DNA of 64,000 nucleotides, from positions 1 through 64,000 of the IMG/VR virus record IMGVR_UViG_3300028766_000004. One strand, written 5' to 3'. This document shows, in pieces, positions 9,774 to 20,200 of this stretch. The notes under the pieces were generated by a model. The model saw nothing but the letters and a program-made list of their open reading frames with translations. It did no database searches and was not told where the DNA came from. The stretch is from a virus. A program made the translations under genes and the position numbers. The stretch's first letter is position 1, and each line of letters starts with the position of its first letter.

Positions 9774-11117
9774 TTAAATCGCTCCAGCTCTCTTAGACTT
9801 TTCCATTCCTGCAACCACAGCCGTTGATTCATCATCACGTACGAATCCTCTAAGCTCAGCGTTTTTGATAGAGTCTATAACGTCTTGAGAGTCTCTAATT
9901 TCGGTAGCTTCCATATCACGGAAGTAGAATCTCCCATTCACATTAACAAACGGTTCAGTGAACATAACGTGGTTGAGCTGTACCTTTTCGTTGATAGCGT
10001 CGACGTACGCAATGGCAAACGAATTTTGCCAGTTTGTTTTCGTAGATGTGTAGTCAGAATCCAACTTGCACATACACCCAGTAGTCAGCTTATTAATCGG
10101 TCCTTGCAGCAGATGAACTTCGGTTGCAAGGCCCGGACGGTGTAGGTGTCCACTCACGGTCGTCACGCCAAAATCTTCATATCCAGTGTGATTGCACACC
10201 AAGCAATTGAAATACAACTTGAAGTTCTTAGCCATTTCGTCTTTGATTTCCTTGGCTTTGAAAGCAGTTGTGTTCCCTTTGGATACAAGATTAATCTGGA
10301 ATTTATCTAACCCTAGCAACTCTGCCAGAGACAGATTCATTAGTTCCATCAGTGCAGCCATGTTTTCAGTCTTAGACGCCATATGCTTCAGAAGACGATG
10401 TTCGTGGTTACCAACTACGAAGTCAATTTGAGACTTCGGACAAGCTTCACGCAACGGACCCAAGATACAATCTCTAACGAACTCCATGCGTAGTCTCAAC
10501 TTTATTTTGCGAGGGTCTCTATCGAAGTGAGAAAATTCATACAGGTCGAATATATCACCGTTTAGTACGATTATATCTGGTTGCTCAACTCTGCACGTGT
10601 CGATAAAAACAGATAAGCAAAACAGATCAGTATCGATATCGTGGAAATCAGAAGCGATGATCATCTTCTTCATACCAGCAACATTCGTGATAGTTTTGTT
10701 GTATTTCTCCACCCACGGTTCTATCTCAAGCCTATAGAACTTTCGTGATTCATCCAGAGCGGCGTGTTTTGCAATATGTTTTTCAAGTTGTCTTTGACTG
10801 CGACTTAATTGAATCCCGGCTCCAGAGCGAAACTCTTCCATAGTACCGAAATATTGATCCCATGTTTTATCAGAATACTTACCGTTGGTGCGGTAAAAGT
10901 TTCGAGCCATGAAGGTATCGTTATTCTCCAACTGGAGCCTTCTAAGGTCGTTTACAACATCTTCTCTAGTCGCTGTTGGGTCGAACTTCTTTCCACGCTC
11001 AGCTAACATTGCTCTTTGTCCTTGAGTTAGCTTTGGTTCTTTATTTGTAGCTTTGATTGCAACCTTGGATGTTACTTTGTTGCTCTTTTTAATCGAGGAC
11101 TTCACTGGCTTACCCAC
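9774..11117 (-). CDS. Calcineurin-like metallophosphoesterase with N-terminal helical domain
   Basis: ASDFH, NGDIFD, GNHE, GHLH motifs; GGAGG then GTG start. Confidence 0.88.
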   Translation of the reverse strand: MGKPVKSSIKKSNKVTSKVAIKATNKEPKLTQGQRAMLAERGKKFDPTATREDVVNDLRRLQLENNDTFMARNFYRTNGKYSDKTWDQYFGTMEEFRSGAGIQLSRSQRQLEKHIAKHAALDESRKFYRLEIEPWVEKYNKTITNVAGMKKMIIASDFHDIDTDLFCLSVFIDTCRVEQPDIIVLNGDIFDLYEFSHFDRDPRKIKLRLRMEFVRDCILGPLREACPKSQIDFVVGNHEHRLLKHMASKTENMAALMELMNLSLAELLGLDKFQINLVSKGNTTAFKAKEIKDEMAKNFKLYFNCLVCNHTGYEDFGVTTVSGHLHRPGLATEVHLLQGPINKLTTGCMCKLDSDYTSTKTNWQNSFAIAYVDAINEKVQLNHVMFTEPFVNVNGRFYFRDMEATEIRDSQDVIDSIKNAELRGFVRDDESTAVVAGMEKSKRAGAI

Positions 11118-11147
11118 ACAGATTACCTCCGAAGTTGCTTATGTTTG

Positions 11148-11158
11148 ATTATACCCGG
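11148..11158 (-). promoter_or_regulatory. Putative promoter element CCGGGTATAAT at the start of the replication block
   Basis: Intergenic; identical to 3926-3936. Confidence 0.6.
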
Positions 11159-11170
11159 AGCAACTTGGCA

Positions 11171-11386
11171 CTACCAACTCACAAATATCTTTGTCAATCT
11201 GTTGCGCAAATGCTCTTTAATCGAGTTATTGTTTTCGTTGGATTGTAGGTCGTTGCACACTACATGAAATTTATCCAAGCTCTTCTCTAGCTCTTCTTTA
11301 CTTGTTTTTAAATGTGTAAAAACACACGAAGTTGTAGCACCAGTCTCGACTTTCACAATCACACTCCTATGATTCCTTGGTTGCAT
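11171..11386 (-). CDS. Small hypothetical protein
   Basis: Co-oriented ORF overlapping the upstream gene. Confidence 0.4.
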   Translation of the reverse strand: MQPRNHRSVIVKVETGATTSCVFTHLKTSKEELEKSLDKFHVVCNDLQSNENNNSIKEHLRNRLTKIFVSW

Positions 11387-11813
11387 CTTTGATGATGTCC
11401 AACATTCTGTTTATAACTTGTTGCAATCCGTTAGTAGCCGACAATTGGTTTTGAGCGACCAATTCCATTTGATGTCCTAGAGCAGCGAGCTTCTCTGCTA
11501 ACACATTTAAATCGTCGCCATTGTCTACTTCTATTTTTTTAACCTCTTCGATTTTTTTCCAAGATTCTTTCTGCCACACTTGAATATCTTTTGTCTTCTG
11601 AACAATGTCTACAACAGAAGCAAGGATGCTCACCAAATTAGCAGTCATCGCTTCATGGCTTTTATTACTTGCTTTAGTTTCCTTGCTGTTAAGGAAATTT
11701 GTAATTGACGACCATACAAACAACCCAACCGAAATGACTGCCAACGATACAGCTTTTCCATCTGTAACCAGTGGTAATACAGTCGGCATTTGCATAAGCA
11801 TGAGGTCGGGCAT
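11367..11813 (-). CDS. Membrane-anchored coiled-coil protein (possible holin-like)
   Basis: One hydrophobic segment AVSLAVISVGLFVWSSI followed by a helical region; lies at the end of the tail module. Confidence 0.45.
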   Translation of the reverse strand: MPDLMLMQMPTVLPLVTDGKAVSLAVISVGLFVWSSITNFLNSKETKASNKSHEAMTANLVSILASVVDIVQKTKDIQVWQKESWKKIEEVKKIEVDNGDDLNVLAEKLAALGHQMELVAQNQLSATNGLQQVINRMLDIIKDATKES

Positions 11814-11826
11814 GATATACACCTTC

Positions 11827-12495
11827 TTAGAAGAATATAGAAAAACTGTAAACTGGTATTATCGATTTCGTATCGTTAGATAGTTTGAAGACGAATCTGT
11901 TATGTGTATCAGACAATTCGATAGACGGACCACCATCTATAAACGTATCACCACCATCAAAACTATATTGTAGCGATAACCCTGAAAAATCGTAAGTATC
12001 ACCAGCTTCAATATTCACATTTAATTGCTTAACGTCACCTGTAAAGATTGGATGGAATGTTAAAAAACCGCCATCTGGGATTTGAACACACTTTACGTTG
12101 AATGCCGCTGCATGAATGTCATCCAATGATGATGAATCTAGAAATTCATCAAACCAATATTGCTTTCCGTTAGCCAATGTATTGTACTTTGCGTTGATTA
12201 CGTCTTGCACATTTATTGATGATGGGTCTGATAATAGATTCGCTTGCCGCGTCTTAACTACCGGCTCCATAGATGGAACATTTTCGCGATAATTGGTTGT
12301 TGCCGATATCACCTCAACCCCATCGCTTTTAAGAAACAGTAGACGTCCTAGCGAGTCTATTTTTTGTGTATATACAGTATGCGAAACTGACACAGATTTT
12401 ATAGAATCTGGGCAATGTATGAAAGCTCCATTGCCCTTCCCGTTTCCAACATCAACACTCGCGATCCGAAGATTACTGTCAAAAAATACGTTCAT
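11827..12495 (-). CDS. Putative tail-associated protein
   Basis: Beta-rich ORF directly after the tail fibre gene. Confidence 0.5.
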   Translation of the reverse strand: MNVFFDSNLRIASVDVGNGKGNGAFIHCPDSIKSVSVSHTVYTQKIDSLGRLLFLKSDGVEVISATTNYRENVPSMEPVVKTRQANLLSDPSSINVQDVINAKYNTLANGKQYWFDEFLDSSSLDDIHAAAFNVKCVQIPDGGFLTFHPIFTGDVKQLNVNIEAGDTYDFSGLSLQYSFDGGDTFIDGGPSIELSDTHNRFVFKLSNDTKSIIPVYSFSIFF

Positions 12496-12505
12496 TGTCT
12501 AATCC

Positions 12506-15500
12506 TTAATAACGAACAATAGGTCTGTTTTGAAGTCTGAAAATATCGATGGCAGTCGTTACATTGGTTTGCCCATTCAGCTGACTTGATGTTGATGTGT
12601 TGTAGGTATTTATTACAACCATAACGATTTCACCCTTAATCAAATCAGGTATAACTGGTGTTATTCCGTTATTTTGTAGGTCGCCAGAAGCAACCGCTAA
12701 GAACGCTCCAACAACACACTTATTAACAGCTTGAGTTTGAATGGAATTAGCAATTACGCTGTCATACCCATAATTATCAACATACCGTTGTAATGTGTTG
12801 ATACCCCTTATGCTGTACGCTGCAGCTGTCAACTGCGAGATAAGAATTTGAGAGCCAGATATGTTAATGGTTGATGAGTTACCCTCAGAGCCAACCAATC
12901 CAGCGGTTGATGTGGTTAAGAGAGGTGAATTGTCATATCCGCTGATCGTAAAGTTTGTTCCACTGCAGGCCCATTCACCAATGGTGTTTGTTCCGTCGTT
13001 AGATGGCATCGGAAGGTTAACCAAAGCGCCATTAAGTAGATCAGAAACAACTGTATTTCGTCCACCAGTTCCCAAGGTGTTGATGTATAGAGTAATCGGT
13101 GTCAAAGCCTTGAGATGATACGCAATCGGCGTACTGCCCTGACTAGCGATTATTCCTTGATAAGCCTTGAAATTGTACCACAATTTCAATGTATCGGTCG
13201 GGTTACCACCTACAACAATTTCAAACTGGCGAAGTGGGAAATCACATGCACCCATGAACTTATTTGTCTTAACCACACGGTAGTTATTGGTATCGGATAT
13301 GTAGATACCACCAATCGTGTCCAGAAAGAAACCAGTTGGATGGTTCAGATGTGATGTATCGGTTCCAACAATGCCTGTTACGCCATATTGTCCGACATAA
13401 ATAAGGTTGTTGTTGAGCCTTACGATTCGATGATTATTAGTGTCGGCTACATAGATGTAGCCATCAGCGCCATATTCTATATTGGATGGGCTGTTAAGTG
13501 CGTAGTTGCTCGCTCCGCTTGTCAAAACAGAACCAAACCTGGCAGAGAAAGAACCACCACTGGTATATCTGGCAACACTATGCCCTGTCGTGATCCAGTA
13601 ATTTCCAGAAGCATCCACTGTCACACAATTTATAGCATTAGCCAATCCAGTAACCGGAGTTGCGCTGTATGTGAACGAACTTAGATTAACTTCAACCACG
13701 CGATTATTCAAACTATCGGCGATAAAAAGGTTTGTGCTGTTTATATTCATCCCAAGCGGCGTGTTCAAATGTGAAGAATCAGAGCCAGCAACACCAGTGT
13801 TGAAAAGCGGTGTTCCAACAATAGCTAACGAGTTCGATAACTTAACAAGTCTGTGGTTCATAGTGTCAGATATGTAAACATTGTTACTGCTATCGATTGC
13901 AATTCCTTGAGGGCTATTGAGATGCGATGTATCGTTTCCAGATACGCCTGTTTGACCAAACTGTGCTTGGAATACAAATGCCGAGCTATACTTCAATATT
14001 CTGTGGTTTCCAGTATCGACTACAAAAATGTTTCCAGCTGTATCGGTTGCAACCCCGTTTGCCAAAGCAAAATTGTTATTGCCTGTTCCAACATTTCCAG
14101 TACCGATTACACCTACAGTGTAATCTGTGCCTGATATATTGGCATCCTGAGCCACAATGTTGTATGGGCGATGGTTTAACCCATTTCCAGCTGGATAGTA
14201 AATCCCGAACACAGAAACTACTCCATTAGCTAACGCAGCGGCAGACCATTGCGTTCCGGGAGTAATTCTAAACGTCGAGCTAACTGTTCCCAACCCGCTC
14301 CATACACCTGTCACTGCGATACCAGTACTGAACTCATAAACAATGATTGAATATCCGTTCGGAAAACCACCAGCATCAGATTGATTAGTGCTATTTGTCA
14401 TTGTTTTTATAGCAGCGCCAGTCGGATTCTTAAGACCACTGGTGCTGAGTGTAAACAATAAAGGTGATGATGCACTGTTTACTGTTTGTGTCGCTGTAAC
14501 AGTCAAAAGAGCAGAGTTTAGAACTTTATTCGTTCCGATAGATATCGGGCTGCTGTTTTGTTTAAATAGATTGGCAGCACCAGTTGTAGTTCCGGCGTAT
14601 ACATTGTAATATGAAGCCCCGGTTACTGCTGCAGGGCTTGAGATTGTCAGCGTTCCGTTAGTACCCATTGCCAAAGAAGCTTCATTAGCGCCATTGGTTT
14701 CATATAAGCCAGTTGCATCTGTACAGTAGGTCAAACGAACATATATTGTTATTCCGTTTAATGTTCCACCAGCCGAAGCAGCGAGTGCTGGAACAGCTGG
14801 AGGATTAACATTCCAAGGTAGTAAACTCGCCGTAGGAATAACAGTAGCAGCCGTGTAGTTCCATTCAGTTTGCTGTAAAACAGCAGCATCGGAATAGATT
14901 CTGCGTTGATAATTGTATTGAGAGAATCCCAAGTAGTACGGCACAGATGAAGAATTCAACTCTTGAGCAATTAATGGAGCCGTGCTTCTATAAGCAGCGT
15001 CGTTACCAGTACCGTCTCCAACACCAAAAAGACTGTTCGAATTACCTCTTAAAAGCTTGTCGAAATTGTCTTGTAACAAGGATGGAAAATCCCATTGCTG
15101 TTGTATTAGAGCTTGGTGTCTAAGACTTAAAAGGTCTCCAACCACAATTTGATCGGCATAAAGATGATCAGGTCGTCCCGAAATTCCAGAAGCAATCGTT
15201 CCACCACTAGGACCAGACGCCGCACATCCATCTCTGTTTGAATCAGCATAAATACCAGTATTTCTACGATATATAGCAGCGATAGGAATAGCGTATGAAT
15301 ATCCGTCGATTGTTCCCAATGTCGCCTTAGCTGTAGTTGAACCGTCACCAGCCACGTATAACCCCGGATCGGTAGCAGATACGGAGAAAGTATAAGGAGT
15401 AGCAGCTCCTGAAGCACCGAAAGCCTTCACAACAGATGTTTGACTAACGCCATCAGGATACGTATCTATGTTTACGCCTTGAGCAATCTGAATAGCGTAC

Positions 15501-16093
15501 TGAATTTGCCACCGGCGATTGATTTCCATATCAACTTCTGAAATGTCGTCAGTAGCATTTGTTCCAGCGTATTGAGTATTTCCATAAAGCCAAAGATGTG
15601 TTGCATCAGGTTTATTTGATGTATTCGAAATGGTCGCCGACGTTCCACCCAATTCGGCTATCCAAACTTCAAGATATGCGAGGTCTATTCTATTTCCGGT
15701 GGTCGGTGGCGCAGGCAAAGTTATGTTGCTACACGTTCCAGTTGTTCCAGCTGTATTGGTAATAGGAATTTTCCATCCATTCACCAATCCAAGCATATTT
15801 CCAAGCCGTATTTGATTAGATAATGGAATTCCGTTTGTGGTTAGAACCATCAGTTCGCCGTCGGCATCAGCGGTGGTAGTCGTCTCTATAAGCGAAACTG
15901 ATTTGATCTTGGTGATAAACCCACTAGGAGACATAGAACGATAAATCTCTTGATCTGCTTTTATGCGTAGCCAGTCTTTAATGTTGTATTCTTTGGTGGA
16001 CGCTGGACAGCCCAAACCCCAAGGGTTCATCACGACGTTCGTGTTGCTGATAGATTGTTCCGTAGTTATATCACGGCTTTTTGACCAGCTCAT
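12506..16093 (-). CDS. Tail fibre/baseplate protein with NHL-repeat beta-propeller
   Basis: N-terminal RIDLAYLEVW; repeated LNSPQGIAID..NVYISDT.NHR units. Confidence 0.8.
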   Translation of the reverse strand: MSWSKSRDITTEQSISNTNVVMNPWGLGCPASTKEYNIKDWLRIKADQEIYRSMSPSGFITKIKSVSLIETTTTADADGELMVLTTNGIPLSNQIRLGNMLGLVNGWKIPITNTAGTTGTCSNITLPAPPTTGNRIDLAYLEVWIAELGGTSATISNTSNKPDATHLWLYGNTQYAGTNATDDISEVDMEINRRWQIQYAIQIAQGVNIDTYPDGVSQTSVVKAFGASGAATPYTFSVSATDPGLYVAGDGSTTAKATLGTIDGYSYAIPIAAIYRRNTGIYADSNRDGCAASGPSGGTIASGISGRPDHLYADQIVVGDLLSLRHQALIQQQWDFPSLLQDNFDKLLRGNSNSLFGVGDGTGNDAAYRSTAPLIAQELNSSSVPYYLGFSQYNYQRRIYSDAAVLQQTEWNYTAATVIPTASLLPWNVNPPAVPALAASAGGTLNGITIYVRLTYCTDATGLYETNGANEASLAMGTNGTLTISSPAAVTGASYYNVYAGTTTGAANLFKQNSSPISIGTNKVLNSALLTVTATQTVNSASSPLLFTLSTSGLKNPTGAAIKTMTNSTNQSDAGGFPNGYSIIVYEFSTGIAVTGVWSGLGTVSSTFRITPGTQWSAAALANGVVSVFGIYYPAGNGLNHRPYNIVAQDANISGTDYTVGVIGTGNVGTGNNNFALANGVATDTAGNIFVVDTGNHRILKYSSAFVFQAQFGQTGVSGNDTSHLNSPQGIAIDSSNNVYISDTMNHRLVKLSNSLAIVGTPLFNTGVAGSDSSHLNTPLGMNINSTNLFIADSLNNRVVEVNLSSFTYSATPVTGLANAINCVTVDASGNYWITTGHSVARYTSGGSFSARFGSVLTSGASNYALNSPSNIEYGADGYIYVADTNNHRIVRLNNNLIYVGQYGVTGIVGTDTSHLNHPTGFFLDTIGGIYISDTNNYRVVKTNKFMGACDFPLRQFEIVVGGNPTDTLKLWYNFKAYQGIIASQGSTPIAYHLKALTPITLYINTLGTGGRNTVVSDLLNGALVNLPMPSNDGTNTIGEWACSGTNFTISGYDNSPLLTTSTAGLVGSEGNSSTINISGSQILISQLTAAAYSIRGINTLQRYVDNYGYDSVIANSIQTQAVNKCVVGAFLAVASGDLQNNGITPVIPDLIKGEIVMVVINTYNTSTSSQLNGQTNVTTAIDIFRLQNRPIVRY

Positions 16094-16167
16094 AGTAATT
16101 CCTCTTTAACTGATAATACGAAATTTTCGGTGCGTTTACCAACCTTAATATGTACTACCAGTTCTAT

Positions 16168-16713
16168 CTAAAATGTGAAATAAATCTTTCTGCTTAAAGA
16201 GAGCGTGTCATCAATTGAAAGTGGCGCGTGTGGCACGTAATCCATCATTAATCCGCTATTTGGTAGATTGGCTTGAAATCCGCTAAATATCCCAAATTCA
16301 GTGAGAATAACAGTCGAACCTTGGCTTAATTCACCCTTCACCCAACTAGCCGTCATCATAATGCGATTAGTAGGAGATGTTGTAATGGCGTTGTTTTGAT
16401 CTACAAAGCTGATAGTACACTGCTTTCTTGTATATTCATTGACAAGAGTGGCAAGATTAGGACTTTGTGTTTGGGAACCGATTCCAACGGCCCAAAAGCT
16501 ATTATTTCCAGCATAGAAACCCTGAATCAAGCCAGCCACTAGAGTGCTTATTCCAACCGTAATTATGTTGTGACGAATGGGAGTAACGATCTTCTCTACG
16601 ATACGACCAATTTCGTCATATCGTATGATTTCATCCTGATATTCGCCCTTAATAGTGGACTTAATATCAACATTTACTTCCAATCCATCATTAGTTTTTA
16701 TCATGTTCTTCAT
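16168..16713 (-). CDS. Baseplate/tail-fibre attachment protein
   Basis: HNII, AVGIG, LVNEYTRK, LTEFGIF pattern typical of myovirus baseplate proteins. Confidence 0.65.
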   Translation of the reverse strand: MKNMIKTNDGLEVNVDIKSTIKGEYQDEIIRYDEIGRIVEKIVTPIRHNIITVGISTLVAGLIQGFYAGNNSFWAVGIGSQTQSPNLATLVNEYTRKQCTISFVDQNNAITTSPTNRIMMTASWVKGELSQGSTVILTEFGIFSGFQANLPNSGLMMDYVPHAPLSIDDTLSLSRKIYFTF

Positions 16714-16715
16714 GT

Positions 16716-17267
16716 TTAATTCCCAAAATTACCAAATGGAGTTTGAAGCACGATACCTGTGTAGTTAGTTCTTTGATTATCCTGTGCAGTAACCCCTTCG
16801 TCTGTCACAACTGAAGGGTCTGAGGACTTAATAGCTGTTGCGTTTCCCAAATCGTCTACTGAAACCGAAGCAGGAGTCTCGTACTTCCTAATTTTAGAAC
16901 CTGTTGAAACACTAGCTGTTCCTATTCCTTGAATAACCGTCGATGGAATAACGATCGGTCTTCCCGCCGAACCCAAGGCTGGAATGTTCAATGAAGGATC
17001 GGGGTCCGTTATAGTCAATTGTTGTCTAAACACATAACTCGATTGATCACCATTTACCACAGTAATATCATATATCCCAGCGGGGATATATGGAAGAACG
17101 AATTTAGCCATAAAAGAGTTGGCATAGTGGCATGGTATTCTAACCATATTAATAATCACAGCTATAGGGGCTACAAAACCTGTTCCACCTATGGTTATCT
17201 CGGCAGATTTGCCAGTCATAAACGAAGCATGTGAAATAGAGTTTACAAGAATCGCCATTATTCCCAA
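16716..17267 (-). CDS. IPT/TIG-domain virion protein
   Basis: ITIGGTGF...PAGIYDITVVN.D. Confidence 0.6.
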   Translation of the reverse strand: MGIMAILVNSISHASFMTGKSAEITIGGTGFVAPIAVIINMVRIPCHYANSFMAKFVLPYIPAGIYDITVVNGDQSSYVFRQQLTITDPDPSLNIPALGSAGRPIVIPSTVIQGIGTASVSTGSKIRKYETPASVSVDDLGNATAIKSSDPSVVTDEGVTAQDNQRTNYTGIVLQTPFGNFGN

Positions 17268-20200
17268 CCCCCAGATTGTGCTGCAACATCAAAAACACCA
17301 ACATTTATTGGATCAGCGTTAACAGGGGAAACATCGACACCGTTGATAGATGTGGTTTGTATAGCTGTGTTTGGATTCTGTGGAACATATACTGTCGGCT
17401 GTAAAATAACAGCACCTACAATTTGGTCAGGGATCACTGTCGATATAACATTGTTATTTGGAGATATGTTCAAAGGACCATTCAAACTACCAATTGTTTG
17501 AGAGGATGGAACTTGAGTGGGTGTTGTGGATGCTGGAATAAATACCGTCAACCCCATCCAGCTAACCGAGCCATACGTACCAACCGAATCAACCACAGTA
17601 ACCACATATCCACCAGCTGTAACACTTGGGACTACGAAATTTAACTTTGTTGTGCTCACATAGGTTGTTGTACACGCCGTAGCTCCTACATATACAGTAG
17701 ACGTACTCGCAAAATTATTCCCAAATACTGAAGAAGTGCTCAACGTATCAACAAGCGCTGGCGAAACATAAGAAATAGACATCGCCGCTGGCGGTGTTGG
17801 AGGAGACGCCGGAGATGGGGTTGGAACAAATGTCTTTTGAAGCGCTCCGAATCCGTTTTGCGTCATTATGATGATTCCGGTAACTGTGGCAGAACTTAAA
17901 ACCACCAGTACTGGATATCCAATACCGTCGAAACCACTAATCGAAAGTATATTCGCTTCAACACCACCAACCAGAATGGAAAATCCAGCATCCCTAATCG
18001 GATTATACGAGTCTATTTCTAATGTATATTGGTCTCCGGAATGTCCAGCGACAGCTATAGTATCCAAGAAACTAGGCACATATGTATCAACAGTGAAACT
18101 AGTTAACGCTGTCTGTTGAAAGCTGACGCCAATATCATTCTGTACTATAACGAAATAACGATCAGCCAATGTGTATTCATAAACATGTATCTTGCAACGA
18201 ATATAAGTATCGGTTACCGTGTCGATTCCAACCACATCAATTAGCGGTACTTCACCATTCTGATTAGATAAAACAACACGTACAGCACCAACAATTGTAG
18301 ATGTTAGAGCGCGTCCACCAACAAATCCAGAACCGTAAATTTCAAGTACGTGAATAGCATCCATCTCGGTCGTACTTGGCGTATTTCCATTTCCATCCAA
18401 ATAAATACTCGTAACATTTGGAATATCCAAACCGCCACACGTCGGCGATAAGACTTGTGGATTAACCGATATATGTATAGTCGCTGTTGTTGTTAAACCA
18501 GTTGAACTGGTGGCAGTTATCTTAAAATCTTGCGTTCTATCTGGGTATATGACAAAGCTAGCCAAGCCTAGAGGAAGATTTTGTCCACCAACAAAATCTC
18601 CTGTCACATTAACAGCGCCAGTTGTCTGCCACGAAACCGTAACAGGGTCTCCCACATTGACGCTTGCCGAAGATATGCTGGTTGATATAAATTTTGCCCC
18701 TGCATCAACATTCACAAATCCAGCAGCAACAAAACTAGAATAATTATTTTTTCCATTAAACCTATACATCGTATTGGTAGTTGGAAACGCCGTGTATTGA
18801 GCGTTATTCGCGTTGGATAGCAAAGTAGTTTGATTCTGCGTTGGTCTGGCACCGTTTACAGAAACGACAGAGTCGCTAAAAGCATACAACGTCACCTGTT
18901 CAACCGAATAAGCGTTGTACGCAACGTTTGAACTTTGCCCAAGTTGGACTATGGCTGGTTTACAAAGTATGGTGATCTCGTTGGATACAGCTGTTGAAAC
19001 ATTGACAGTAATGTCGCTAATTACAACCGCTCCACCATACCCAACGACATACAAACGATAACTGGTACTGCATGTTGGCATCACCAACATGGTGCCTGCA
19101 TCAGCAACACTGGTCGATATCATGGTGGATAAATCTGTAATCGAAACGCTGAATGCATTAGAAGTATTCCAGCACAACCCTATTCCATCTGCATAACCGA
19201 CAGTGATAGATGTGGAAGACTCGGCAGACATCGAAATGTCTGCATCATACGCAGTGAATTTATTAATCACCGGAGCGTCAACCGAAAGCAAATTGCCAGA
19301 TGCTTTTAGTGTCAGTTGTGTACCGTGATTCGCTACGACAATATTGTATACGTGCGATGCTGACAATGTTTCCGGAGTTGTATAATCCCAATTCAATTGT
19401 AAATCTTCGTTAAGAACTGAAACTCCATCAATAGAAGCTGTTCTAACGTTATTCACATCTATGGTTAACACAGCTTTCGTTGTTTGAGATAGGTTTAAAG
19501 GAATGCTATCAATTGGTGCGATTGTCCCACCATTACTCGTGATTTGGAACGTGCGCCCATAATGATACCAGTAATCCCAATCGCCCTCTAATGGGTAGAT
19601 TCCGGCAGCGTTGAAGGTTACAGGAACTTGTGAATTTCCTTGTTGACCTCCCTCACCTCCAGATTGCGCAGCTGGAAGTAATGGATAACCACCAATCACA
19701 GTCTTTGTTTGACCTGATGTGCCAGTTATTGAACCACGCCCTGCCCACGTGCAATTCCCACCTATTCCCCAAATAATGCTGTCTTTATAAAATGCACCTA
19801 TATCATATGTTCCAGCAGCCGGGACGTACAAATAAGCCAATATACAGCAGTTAAAGTTGCTGTATCCTCCGCCACCAGTAAGCGACGGGTCGAATAGATT
19901 TTTCGTTCCTATTTGTATACCAGAGCTGTTCAATATAGTCCATTGTACCGGGCTTGATATAGAGCCGTATGGATTTTCGTCAAAGAGCAACGAATTTCCA
20001 ACCGTCATTCCATCTGCATCAGACAACACACGAGTGATTCCATTTGCGTACAAGTCGGAAACATTCTGCCATATATATGCACTTACCGATCCACTATGTG
20101 GCGAATCACCCCAATAGTATGTAAGAACAGAACCAAACAGATATATTTTACTTAATACTGATGTAGAACTTAGCGGTAAGAAGGCGAAAGGCGGGGTGAC

